A stretch of 64,000 nt of DNA from Ancylonema sp. Lineage: Eukaryota. The translations under genes and the position numbers were made by a program. Within the stretch, counting starts at the first letter, position 1. Each line of letters opens with the position of its first letter. Under the pieces are notes generated by a model. That model saw only the letters and a list, made by a program, of their open reading frames with translations. It had not been told where the DNA came from and did not search any database. Below are positions 1 to 11,081 of the stretch, one piece after another. The DNA lies in the NCBI GenBank assembly GCA_050230475.1, contig JBFLGF010000014.1, forward strand, positions 1 through 64,000, written 5' to 3'.

Positions 1-1598
1 TACGTGCGCACATGCGACGTCTGCGCCCGGAACAAGCCGGTGCGCCACGCGCCATATGGCCTCCTATCCCCCCTACCTATCCCTGAGCAGCCCTGGTCTC
101 GCGTGTCTCTCGACTGGATTACCGACCTCCCTCCGAGCGACTACCACGATGCTATAGTGGTGGTGGTGGACCGGCTCACCAAACAGGCGCACTTCATTCC
201 AACCACCAAATCCATGGCGGCACCTGCAGTGTTTCTCCAGCAGGTGGTGCGCCTGCACGGGTTGCCGTCTAGCCTCATCAGCGACCGCGATCCCATCTTC
301 ACCAACCATTTTGGCGTCGGCTGCTGGAGCTGCTGGGCATCCATGCCAACCGCTCCACTGCTTTCCACCCGCAGACGGATGGCCAGACGGAGCGCCTCAA
401 CTCAGTCCTGGAGCAGTTGCTGCGTATTTACATCGACTATCAGCAGTCTGATTGGGCGAGACTTTTGCCGATGGCGGAATTCGCTTAGAACAACTCCAAG
501 CATTCCGCCACCACCCTCTCCCCGTTCTTCGCCAACTACGGGTACCACCCGCGAATGTCGCTCTCCTTCCCCCCACCCCCGTTTCCCCAACCCCTGCAGC
601 TGACGATTTCGTCAAAAATATCCACAACGCTCAAGATATCATCCAGGCGGCGCTCCGCCAATCTCAGCGCGCCATGGAGACGTCAGCCAATCGCAAACGC
701 AAATCTGCCCCGATTCTCGTCCCAAGCCAGAAAGTTTGGCTGTTACGACGCCACGTCGGCTCCACCCGTCTTTCGTCAAAATTGGATGTTCGTCGTCTGG
801 GCCCTTTCCCGGTGCTAGGCCGGATCGAGACATCGGCTTACCGTTTAGAGCTGCCGTCCTCCGTCAAAATCCATCCCGTCTTCCACGTTAGCCTCCTCGA
901 GCCACACAATGCCAATACGTTCTCAGGCCGTGTCGTGGCGCCTCCTCCTCCGGTCGTGGTAGACGGCGAGCCCGAGCATGAGGTGGCCACGGTCCTCGAT
1001 TCCAAGATCGTGCGTGGCAAGATCTTTTACCCCGTTGATTGGGTCGGGTTCGATGAATCTGTGAGCGCTCTTGGCTGCCGACACATGGGCAATACTGCTC
1101 ACGCGGTCGCAGATTTCCATGCCACATTTTCCGATCGGCCTTCATCTTGACCGGCCCGCGTTCACATACGGGGTGCACCCTCGGGGAGGGGGTGCCCGTG
1201 GCGCAGAACATCAGCTCTGGTCATTCTAGGGGTGCGGGGGGTTCTCGGGACGCGAACCCCTTGCGGGGTGGATAGTGTCAGGGATCGGCATCTCGGTATA
1301 TATTGTATATGTGTTGTCCAAGTCCCATCTTGAACATTGTGTCTTTTATGGCCCGGTTGTGAAGTCGTTGAAAGTACAGACCGGCGACGGTCGTAACAAG
1401 TTGTGCCACCTCTAACGCATGGCTGTGTTCTGCTACTAGCTTGTTGGCGTTGCGCACCGCCCAATCTCGATTTGCTGTCAGGTTTTGCTGCTATAGTCGA
1501 GCCTTGAGTCTCTCATCCTTCTCCTAGAGCTGATGCATCCTTCGCTCACGTCTTTGGGTCCTTCTCCCGGCCTCCTTCCCAAATTCGTTTTGTTGACA
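1..1598 (+). mobile_element. 3' part of a Ty3/Gypsy chromovirus LTR retrotransposon (integrase + chromodomain, PPT, 3' LTR); frameshifted
   Basis: ORFs 4..603 and 452..1150 give integrase ([37 protein letters not shown]) and a chromodomain (EVATVLDSK..Y.VDWVG) split by frameshifts. A purine tract at ~1265-1275 precedes the LTR. Confidence 0.93.
1276..1598 (+). repeat. 3' LTR of the first Gypsy element
   Basis: Starts TGTCA right after ggggtggatag and ends TGACA, giving TG...CA with a 5-bp terminal inverted repeat. Confidence 0.7.
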
Positions 1599-4030
1599 GC
1601 TCCTCCATTATACTCTAGACAGCCTCGTGCGCTAACACTCTTTCCCGCTTCCACCCCTGTGCGTTAGTATGTTGTCCGGTCTGCAGGCCTTGATGCAGCG
1701 GCTCCCTAGTGCGGCCGGCTCGACGGGTTGCCTCGCCATAGATGTCCGGATTATGGTCCTCCAAATCTTCCCAGATGTGACGATCTTTTGCGCTCATCTG
1801 TCCTGCAAAGCTCCCCAGCCCGACGTCCCGAAGCCCCACCATTGACCTCTCTGGGTGTACCTCGTCCCCCTTCTCCTCCGGAACACGGTGATCCACGCGG
1901 TGTCGAGGTGGTGAGCACGCCCCCCACACCCCGGTTCCCTATCCGGGGTTATGCTCTTGGTCGGGAAGTACTGGGTACTTTTAGCAATGTTACGTGATGC
2001 GTTAGGACGTGTGATCACCTGATCATCTACATGAATGCCCAGTATGAGTACGTGGCAAGATGGCGCGAGCCATCGAGCCCTCGGAAGCCGAGGGGCTCGC
2101 TACGTGGACTGGCTTGATAGCGCTGGTCAGCGGCTTCACCACGGTTGCGCTAGACTCAGAGGGCCCGGAAGCAACGGGTCTTGGTGAAAAGCATGCCCTT
2201 GCTATATGCCCCAGCAGTCCACAGTTGTAGCAGCTCTTCTGGTTCTCCGCCACTCCGGCTGTCACCACAGGTAGGGCCAACGACTGGGTATGAAGAGACG
2301 CTAAGCTCCGGCTACTAGGAGTATGACCCCGGGTGATCGTAGCCACTCGAAATGCAGGGATGATACCAGCACTGCGAAGCTCGGCAGTCTCCCTAGAGAT
2401 CTCACAGTCCACCTCTAACGCGTAATCACGGATGTCATGCCGGTCCATGGGCGGCAGGTCTGCAACTCTCCTTCTTGCTGCTTCCGCCTTGTACGTCGAC
2501 CCCGGAGCTGACATGATGACCCGAACAGCCGCAGGTAGCAACTCGTATAAATCCAGAGCCAACTGGCGACCGGTGAGCTCCCCTGACGCCTCCACTATGG
2601 TGGCTGGGAAGTCGAACTTGGTGAAGATAGTCTCAACGGTGGCACCCGGTTCCACCTTCAGGTTCACGAATTGGTCAATAGCTTCCGTGGTGGAGGTCTT
2701 GAATCGCCGCTTCAAGCCTCGGAAGAAATCATGGATGTCTGCTGGCTCGATGTTGGCAACAGTCCCAGCATTTGGCAAAGCCGGAGCTTGTCCGCCCACC
2801 GGGAGCCTGTGCACAACCCAACGCATCGATACTCCACCCATAGCTGGCTGACATTTCGTCGCAACAATGTTAGTCCATGATTAGGGTGAGTGGCATCCTC
2901 CACAGAATCAAACCATTGTGCGATGTATTTGTCTAAGCATTTCGTGGCTTCTCCTTGTAATCCTTGACAACGGCCAGATCTCGCAAAAAATCCTCTTGAT
3001 TTATATCCCACAACGACTCGTTTTGTCTCCCTTAACCGACTACGATAAGCATAAGTGATTTTGAGCATGACATAGCTCTCCAGAGTAAGATTTGATGTCT
3101 AGTTTTCCAGACATTTCGTACTCAGCAATCAAATCAAAGGGAGGGGTAGGTTGCCTTCCTGGAACTGCAAGTGGCGTTCCGCCGGCGGGAGGTTCGTGTC
3201 CCACGCTAGTCCTGGCTCTTCTGGGGTGGCGTTGCTCAGATGAGGATACTTCGTCAAGATGGTCTTCGTCAGGTGGGGTGTTCTCTCGACTGAGTCGTCC
3301 GTCCTGATTGCGTGCCCAAGAAGATTGATCAGCCATGAAATCTCATTTCTTCGGTGATTGGTCTCGACTCACTTTTCTAGAGGCTACCGAAATCCGAAAG
3401 CAAGTCAGCTTCCTGGATGCGCAATACAAAGATCGCGTAATCACGCAAATGGGACCGTCCGACAGCTTTGACCACACTCACCAGTTGCACAATCACCACA
3501 ACTGGACACTAAAGATGAGTAGAATATGGTATGGTCAAGCTGAGAACAACAGTCGGGTACGTTAGCCTCTAGAAAGTGAGACTACCGATAACATGGAAAC
3601 AAAGATATACTAAAACGTGACCTCGTGCCTAGCGCATTCCGCCTCGATCGTAACGGTATTGCAACAGTACTATCCTTTGACATGCACTCAAGAATCTAGA
3701 GCGCGCATACCAACGGCACTACTACTGCCAGTCATAGGCGGAACCTCACCTCTCCGCTACTGACACTGTACTGGCAACTGGTCAACTCCCATATCAACTA
3801 GATTCCTATCTTAGCCAATCGCCTAAGTGGAACACCGTTGACTTTATTAATCCACAATACCGCCCACATGACCTACCACCTTGGTCCAACTCTTGTTGCC
3901 TACCTCCTGTCCAACCACCTGCCCTACCGCTTAACATCCGTCCGCGGCCCTCGTCTTACTTCCTCCTTGTCTATAAGCAACTTACTGGTTCTTCACTTGT
4001 TATGATCAACCGAGCTAAACCCGTCTGACA
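1599..4030 (-). mobile_element. Degenerate LTR-retrotransposon 5' region (gag with CCHC knuckle), cut at its 3' side by the first Gypsy
   Basis: Overlapping minus-strand ORFs 3040..3336, 2712..3068 and 2023..2841 are joined by frameshifts. Zinc knuckle CYNCGLLGHIARAC is present. The minus strand begins TGTCA at 4030, a possible LTR start. Confidence 0.7.
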
Positions 4031-4410
4031 TCCTCGAGATAAGGCCTTTGAACGAAAGTGAACGACTGAGCGGGCGACTTTTAGTGTACAGTGAACGGAG
4101 TTAATTGATCTGGTCCGTTCAAAACTAAAATGAAACGGGTTGAAACATCGAGATAAAGGGTCAAAACAAGAAAAAAAAAAAACTTGTAGCCCGAGCTTAA
4201 ACCTGAACCAAAAGTGAACGGAATTTTCGGTATAAAAGGGTTTTTAACCCCTTCCGCTTATTAGATGACGCCCAAATAAAGTGCGTTTTGAAGGTCTCGA
4301 GGTCGGCTACCGTAATAAACAAAAATCGATTGAATCTAATCAATACATCTCACGTTACGCTACATTAAGCAAGACTGCCCAGAAATTTGGCGGAGGGAAG
4401 TTACCCTCCC
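4031..4410. repeat. Non-autonomous DNA-transposon-like repeat with GTGAACG subterminal motifs
   Basis: Inverted homologous pieces at ~55680-55740 (tcctcgagataaggc end), ~54800-54845 and ~51075-51165. Confidence 0.65.
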
Positions 4411-4499
4411 GAAGGGGATGGGTATGGGAGAACGCGGCGGTTCGAGGTTCATTATAAATTATAATAGAACGACACCGAGCGTAGATGGATCTTTGAAGT

Positions 4500-4907
4500 G
4501 CGCGTCCCGCACGTGTTCCGCACGCGTGCGCTCGCGTACGCGTGCCGCGCGCGTGCGCAAATCTCGTGCACGGTGCTGACCCATAGGCGTTAAAATTATA
4601 TTATTATTACCCAGGGGGGGGGGGGGTACTTCCTACACCCCAGGGGTGCCGGGATGTTTCCAAATTCATGAAATGTGTTTGGTGAACTGGTTACAACGTG
4701 GCAGTATTAAATTTAGGGTTTAGGGCCTAAGACGTTATATCGAACTACTAAAATGGTCAGTACTCACTACTTCGTCAAATTTCAGTCGATTACAGAAATT
4801 GTCCCGGTGCGGCACGCGTGCGCTTTCGTGCGGCGCGCGTGCGAAAATCTTGCGCACGGTGCTGACCCATCTATGACACCGAAGGTTGCTTTATCGAGGT
4901 TCGACTG
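4500..4907. repeat. Interspersed repeat/MITE, with a second copy at ~37697-38043
   Basis: Both copies share gcgtcccgcacgtg, ggcgttaaaattatattatta, a G-run, cttcctaca and ttgtcccggtgcggcacgcgtg. Pogo-like end tcgaggttcgactg|TA at 4907. Confidence 0.7.
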
Positions 4908-5394
4908 TACCTTGTTCACCAGGGCCAGTGAAGAGCTTTTAGGAGCAGGAGAGTCCACGCCGGCGGCGGCTCGGTAGATGGCCATGTGGTCCCTGCCACG
5001 TAATAGTGGGACTTTTACAGGTAGCATATCCACTTCTGGCATATTGCGATTGGTTCCAAGATCACATGTTCAACATGTAAGATTTTCATTGGTTGTCGGG
5101 ACACGACTCTTGCGTGGATTCCAAGTGGCACGAGTCTATCGCAATCCGCCGGAGCTCCCGTCTTCGCGGCGCAGGCTTCTCACTCTGCCGTCTGGCGTCT
5201 GGCGGCGACGGCCAGGCGAACTTCCGATAAGTTGTGCAACTGCCACAGACTTCAGGAGTGAGAATTCTTACATAGCATCAAAATCCGGTTCTTGTTCACC
5301 TGCCCGCGTTTACTCTGCTCCTCTAGTCTTTATTCCCCTCGCTTACTCTCCGTTGTGATTCCTCTTCATCCGCTCTCGTTTCAATTTGTTCAGG

Positions 5395-8129
5395 ATGGAT
5401 CCGCCTGGCACGTACAGTAGCATTGGTGGGTCAGTGAAGAAATTGTACCATATCGAAGAAGGACTCAGTTCAGACGCTTCCTCTACCACGTCCAGGGGCG
5501 TCATCATGCCAATTTTCTTAACGACTGTGGCTGCTGTCGCCACTGTCGCATGTTTTATATTGTTTCCAACTCTGCGCTTCCCAACAGTCCAGCTCTTGAC
5601 CACGAACGTTTGGACCCCAGAATCCTGCACTCCTATGCGAGTTTCCGGTAAGCTACTGTCGCCTCTTCCCTTGCAACTCGTCGTTTTTTATGGTCTGCGA
5701 ATTAAAAAACGCCTAACACCCCGCTGTATCTTGCCATGACTTGACTTGCTCTGGAACTTGCGGCTGCTATTAGCGGTCAGTGAGAATGGCTTGGTATCCT
5801 TTAATTGCTATATTTTCAACTAATACTCCTGTTCTCCTGCCTACAGTGCCACGGGTGGGAGACTTGACGCTCGACGAGAAGATTGGCCAGATCACACAGG
5901 TTGACCAAATCGCAGTTACAGCCTCCAGGGGCCACGGCGATGACATCGCAAAATATTTCATTGGTTCTGTTCTAAGGTACGTTTGCAGGACGTTCCTATC
6001 GAAGAATTATAAGAACTAGAAGAATTCTGAACTGAGACTGTTGGATCCTAGCTTTTGGTATTTACCGAAACACAGAATCCGGGAGTGCGAAACAATTCAG
6101 TACAATACACTCGAAGGACGACCGCCAAACCAGGCAAACGACGATATGGAAGAATGATGTTGACGATTTTATTACGATAAAGAGAGTGTCGTAACGCCCT
6201 CGTTCATTGCGTCACGCGCATGAATTCTTCTTGTTTTGTTATTCTTTCAGTGGTGGAGGCGGCGCTCCTCTTTGGGGAAATACGGGGGCAGATTGGGCTG
6301 CCTTAGTCGATCACTTGCAGTCGAAGGTCTCCAAGACGCGGCTCAAAATTCCGATAGTTTATGGCGTAGATGCTGTCCACGGCAATAGCAACCTTTATGG
6401 AGCGACCATCTTCCCTCATCACGTTGCTCTTGGAGCTACCCGTAATCCGGATCTGGTGAGGAAGATGGGGGCTGCAGCTGCTCGCGAGACAGCTGGCACT
6501 GGGATTCGGTGAGTGTTGCGTACTACCGCAGACCCAGCGGCAGATCAGGGGTTTTTCTGGATCTAACTAGGGGTCTAATTACTTCAGGTGGGCCTTCTCG
6601 CCAGCTGTGAGTGTGTGCCAAGATCCTCGATGGGGTCGGTGCTATGAAAGCTTCAGCGAAAATACGGATGTTGTCAGCCTGGTCGCCACTGCCGAAGTGG
6701 AGGGCTGGCAGGTAATGGACTGGAATGTGAAGTATGCTTTTAGATTTCTAAAATATGTTACTGTGGGAAGCATGATCTCAGCAGGAAGTATGTCGTTCTT
6801 TAGTTGCCATATGGTTATGCCATAATGCTATATGGTTGTCTAACCCTGCTCACACATGTTGTGTGTCTGCAGACTCGCGCCACTGTTGTTTCCGACTCTG
6901 CATACGCTGTACCCGGAGACGTTCTGGTCGCGGCCACCGCTCAGCACTACATTGGTGACGGAGGCACCCAGGGCGGCAAGGACCAGGGCAACACCATCAT
7001 CTCCGAGAAGGAGCTGCGACGCGTGCACCTGCCACCGTACATTGAAGCCATCAAGAAAGGCGTGCAGACGATCATGATCTCCTATTCGTCCTGGAACTCC
7101 GTGAAGATGCACGGCAATCATTACCTCATCACGGACGTGCTCAAGGGCGAGCTGGGATTCGACGGAGTGGTGGTCTCTGATTGGTCGGCCATCCAGCAGC
7201 TCCCGGGTAACTGGTCAGATCAAGTACGGAACTCGATGAACGCTGGATTGGACATGATCATGGTTCCGGCCACCTACAAGGAGTTCATCGCCACTCTCAA
7301 GGAGGAAGTCCTTGCAGGCAGAGTGGCCGAGTCCCGCATAGACGATGCTGTCCGTAGGATTCTGAAGATGAAGGTCGATCTAGGTCTGTTCGAGAACGCC
7401 TGCGCTCAGAAGGAGCTGCTGAAGACCATGGGATCTGCGGAGCACCGCGCCGTGGCTCGCCAAATGGTTCACGAGTCATTGGTTCTGTTGAAAAACGAGA
7501 AGAGGGGGACAGCTGGGCAGTCCATGGTCCCTCTGCCTCTCAATGGGGCAAAGATTCTGGTGGCTGGTACGCACGCCAATAATATCGGTCTGCAGTGCGG
7601 GGGGTGGACTATTCAGTGGCAGGGAGCTGAGGGGAATACCACCATAGGTACAACAATCCTGGAGGGTATCAAGAAGGCAGCAGAGGGGAAGGCCAGTGTG
7701 GAATATAAGTTGCACCCGGATGGGAGAGAGAAGGCAGACTATGGAATCGTGGTGGTAGGGGAGGCTCCTTACGCGGAATTCATGGGGGATAATCAAGCTC
7801 TTCAGCTAGATGCCTCCTCCCAGGCCGCCGTCCATGCTGTCTGCAAGAACATGCCGTGTGTATTGGTGCTTATATCAGGACGGCCTCTACAAGTGAACTA
7901 CTTGCTCCCAAAGCTTGATGCTCTGGTAGCTGCATGGCTGCCAGGAACTGAGGGGGATGGAGTGGCAGAGGCTCTCTTTGGGAGTGAGGACTTTAAGGGG
8001 AGGTTGCCTATCTCCTGGTTCCCTGACACGATGGGGCTGCCAGGGAACGGAGATAACTCTCACCGTCAGCCTCTCTTTCCATTTGGATATGGCCTTAGTA
8101 AAAGGGGGAATATGCTGCCTTCCTTGTAA
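5395..8129 (+). CDS. Glycoside hydrolase family 3 beta-glucosidase / beta-D-glucan exohydrolase; 5 exons (5395-5647, 5847-5976, 6251-6508, 6588-6711, 6873-8129)
   Basis: Motifs [33 protein letters not shown], nucleophile [26 protein letters not shown] and PLFPFGYGL. All four introns are GT-AG and phase-compatible. Hydrophobic segment in exon 1. Confidence 0.95.
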
Positions 8130-9204
8130 ATTGAGCAGGGTTTGTGCACATGTACGTACGCCTATGTATCTAGTATCTCATACGACTCTAAAAGAGTAGT
8201 TTGAATAATTCTTATGGTTCTTTAGTATATCAATAATGATGTGTAACGTCCAAACTGTATAGAACATTTGTAACTGCAATATAGAAACGAGAATTACTTA
8301 ACTTATAAATGAGGTACAAGTTTATTAAGTATTAGCAAAGAGAGCTGGTAAAGTGCGGGTTGAAGCATAAAAAGTTGATAGAACATAGTGGTATGGCCTC
8401 TTCCTTTTGGACAGTGTTGTAAGTAGAGTGAATAATGAAATGTTGAAGAGGACTGACGTCTAACGTTTGCTTGGATAATGTTTGGCCTTGAATTTAAATC
8501 ATAAGGAGATGCTTGGTTGAAAATAGTGGTGGGCGTATATTTGATTGTTTACGGAGATTATGAGTTCTATATCGTTTTAACCTCCTATGTTCCCCTAACA
8601 CAACCATAAACAATCTAAACATATTATACCTATTGCTTTTGCTCCCCCCCATATTTGGCAAAAATAATGTCGTGATCCGAACATGTCCGAACCCGGAAAC
8701 GTGTGATTGTTGATGCGAATACTTGTTTGAAACCCGCATCAAATAGTCGCAAGAATATAATAGGCTCAAACCACTGTGAAATATAGGTTATGCAAGAATC
8801 TATACTGGAGATTGTGCGATGATGGGTCTGCGCAAAAGATGGACTAACATAACCACAGAAGTTAACCAACAAAATATCATAACCATGAAGATTGGCCGAA
8901 CAATTGCCATCACTTCTTTGCGTGAACTGTCACACCTCATACGTCTCATAAAAGTAAGCCAAAACACCCATTGACATTGTAGTAGTATAATACACAACGG
9001 CAACGGCCCTTATGGCACCATATATGATGTGAAAGTGTGACTTGCTCATATGTGTACGAGTAAGAATTGTGTGCATATCTCGCAATATGTGTATGTGTAT
9101 GTGTTTGGATAAATATGTGTGTTGAAGCAAGTGATGTGCATTACGGGGATAACTTTGTATGCAGATACGGTCAACAATTTATGTTTGCAAATTTATATTT
9201 GATA

Positions 9205-9975
9205 CTATAGTTGAATGGCATGCAAGGGTGAAGGAAATTGTTCTGAAAGAAATTGTGGGTTGTTGACGTGTGGTGAGACAGCAGGGGTTGACACAGGGTC
9301 AGAATCTACTGTGGTTACTCGTCAAGGTGTACACCGTAAGCTTTCTTCAGATAGAGGTGGTGAGTAACAAATCAAATCTGGAACTTCTGCCAAAAATTCC
9401 AAAATGTCCTTTTCAGTTTGAAGTAACGTGGTTGCATTTGCAGCGAGGGACTCTGTTTGAGTGATAGTTGGCTGAGAGCAAGAGTAAATAGTGGTCGAAG
9501 ATGTCGATGTGTGGGGTGAACTAGATACGGAAGAGAATGCACTGGTGGATTTCCAAGGTTCGTCATTAACAGGGATTGCTAATGGCGCAAGGAGAACTCA
9601 GCGTACGGGTTTCTTCTTTTTGTTTTGGTGCTTGGGTTTCACATGCATTGGTTGGGTGACAATATGCATTGTAACTTTGGTTGAGTTAGCCCTCTGCCTC
9701 AACAAGGATGGTGGAGAATACCTGATAGCTAAGGTGAGGCGCTGTCCCTATGGGTTGTAGGTTGCCATGATGATGGATGCCAGCCAGTGGGTGACGTGGC
9801 GATCGAGGGACAAGCCAAGGGTGCTGCGACGCTGAGCAGCAGTGCGGATCATTCCCACTGGTCCTGCGGTGGCTCCCGGGGTGAAGCCCATGGCACGCTC
9901 CAGGTCATAGGGTGAGGGTGTGATGTAGGTGCCAGATTGTTGTTCATACACCATGCCCTCGCCTGGGTGACCCAT
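9205..9975 (-). pseudogene. 5'-truncated, decayed C5 cytosine DNA methyltransferase C-terminus followed by an S/T/P-rich tail; probable retrotransposon cargo
   Basis: GEGMVY...PSPYDLERAMGFTPGAT...QRRSTLGLSLD...WL matches C5-MTase motifs IX/X. The same frame continues to TAG at 9205, broken only by stops at 9748, 9598 and 9322. Confidence 0.65.
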
Positions 9976-11081
9976 CTGTAATACTATTGCACAGTATCGA
10001 CAAGCTTGAAACTTGCTGTGCAACGGCGAATACCATTGATATTGTATGGTCGTGCATAGACAATATATTTGACGCTCTTAAATTTCAACGACGGACAATC
10101 CATATGATCTTCGAGAACGTTCTTGAAACACGCGGATTGAAGCACATTCGGTGCGTTAATTGAACAAAGGCTTTCGCCATCCATACAACTCTTGTACGTT
10201 GTAAGCACAAAAAAAAATCGAAAATTGTGAAATAAGCAAGCCCCCCTCTGTAAGCACCTGAAGGTTGCTAAACATCTTGTCCCTGCAAAGAGGATCTACT
10301 TTTGGGGACGGTAGAACATACAAGACTTATAAGTTCCACTATCAGATTTTGGTTATTTTATGCATAGTGAGCCTAGAAAGAGTCACAACTATTTGTGGTT
10401 CAATTGAAACGGTTGTTCATCATTCATTCCCATCACAAAGTCGTTTGATTGCAGCGATTTTATAGTGAGAGCACCTTGTGAGAAAGCAGAATCAGTGCTT
10501 GTATAATGACAGAGAAAATAAGTCGATACTATATCTTGATAGGTTTTGTTGTAAGAAACATTTGGGTGAAGAAATAAGTTGATTTGGAGTTGGTTGTGGT
10601 TAGGAAGATATCGATTTTACAAATATAGCGTTTGAGTGCTAATTAGGTGGGCGGATAATACGAGGTCGAAACTTTTAAGTGACCGATACGCGTCGTCTGT
10701 GGTCAGAATTGAGTCATTTTTGTGTGATGTGTTTCATTTAGAGAGACGCACGTGGTGACAGTAGTTGGCATATTTTGGACATGTGTAAGTTTTTGGCTGG
10801 TCAACGTGTCGACGTTTGTAGTCACTAGTTGAGACATTGTGACACGTATTGACACGTAGGTGACAAGTGGATGATAGCATCATAGGCTTGGGGCGGTCAA
10901 GTGCAGCATAGCATCTTTGTGAGAGTCGTGTGTGGTAGTAGACGCATGTACTAAGGGTCTTTGGAACCCATACATTTCTTTAATGACTTTGAAATATCTT
11001 GTCGAAGTATTGGCGTTTTGTTGGATTTTCAGAAATATGAGTACCTGATTAAAGAAGAGTAGTACAGTTCAACATGTCATA

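Noticed and set aside
4712..4725. (TTTAGGG)2 telomere-like motif
   Set aside because: Only two units inside an interspersed repeat, and the second copy has one unit. Not evidence of an interstitial telomere.
8242..8650. Possible 3' LTR/PPT for the methyltransferase-bearing element
   Set aside because: TGTAAC at 8242 and purine tracts on the minus strand exist, but there is no second LTR copy or convincing terminal inverted repeat.
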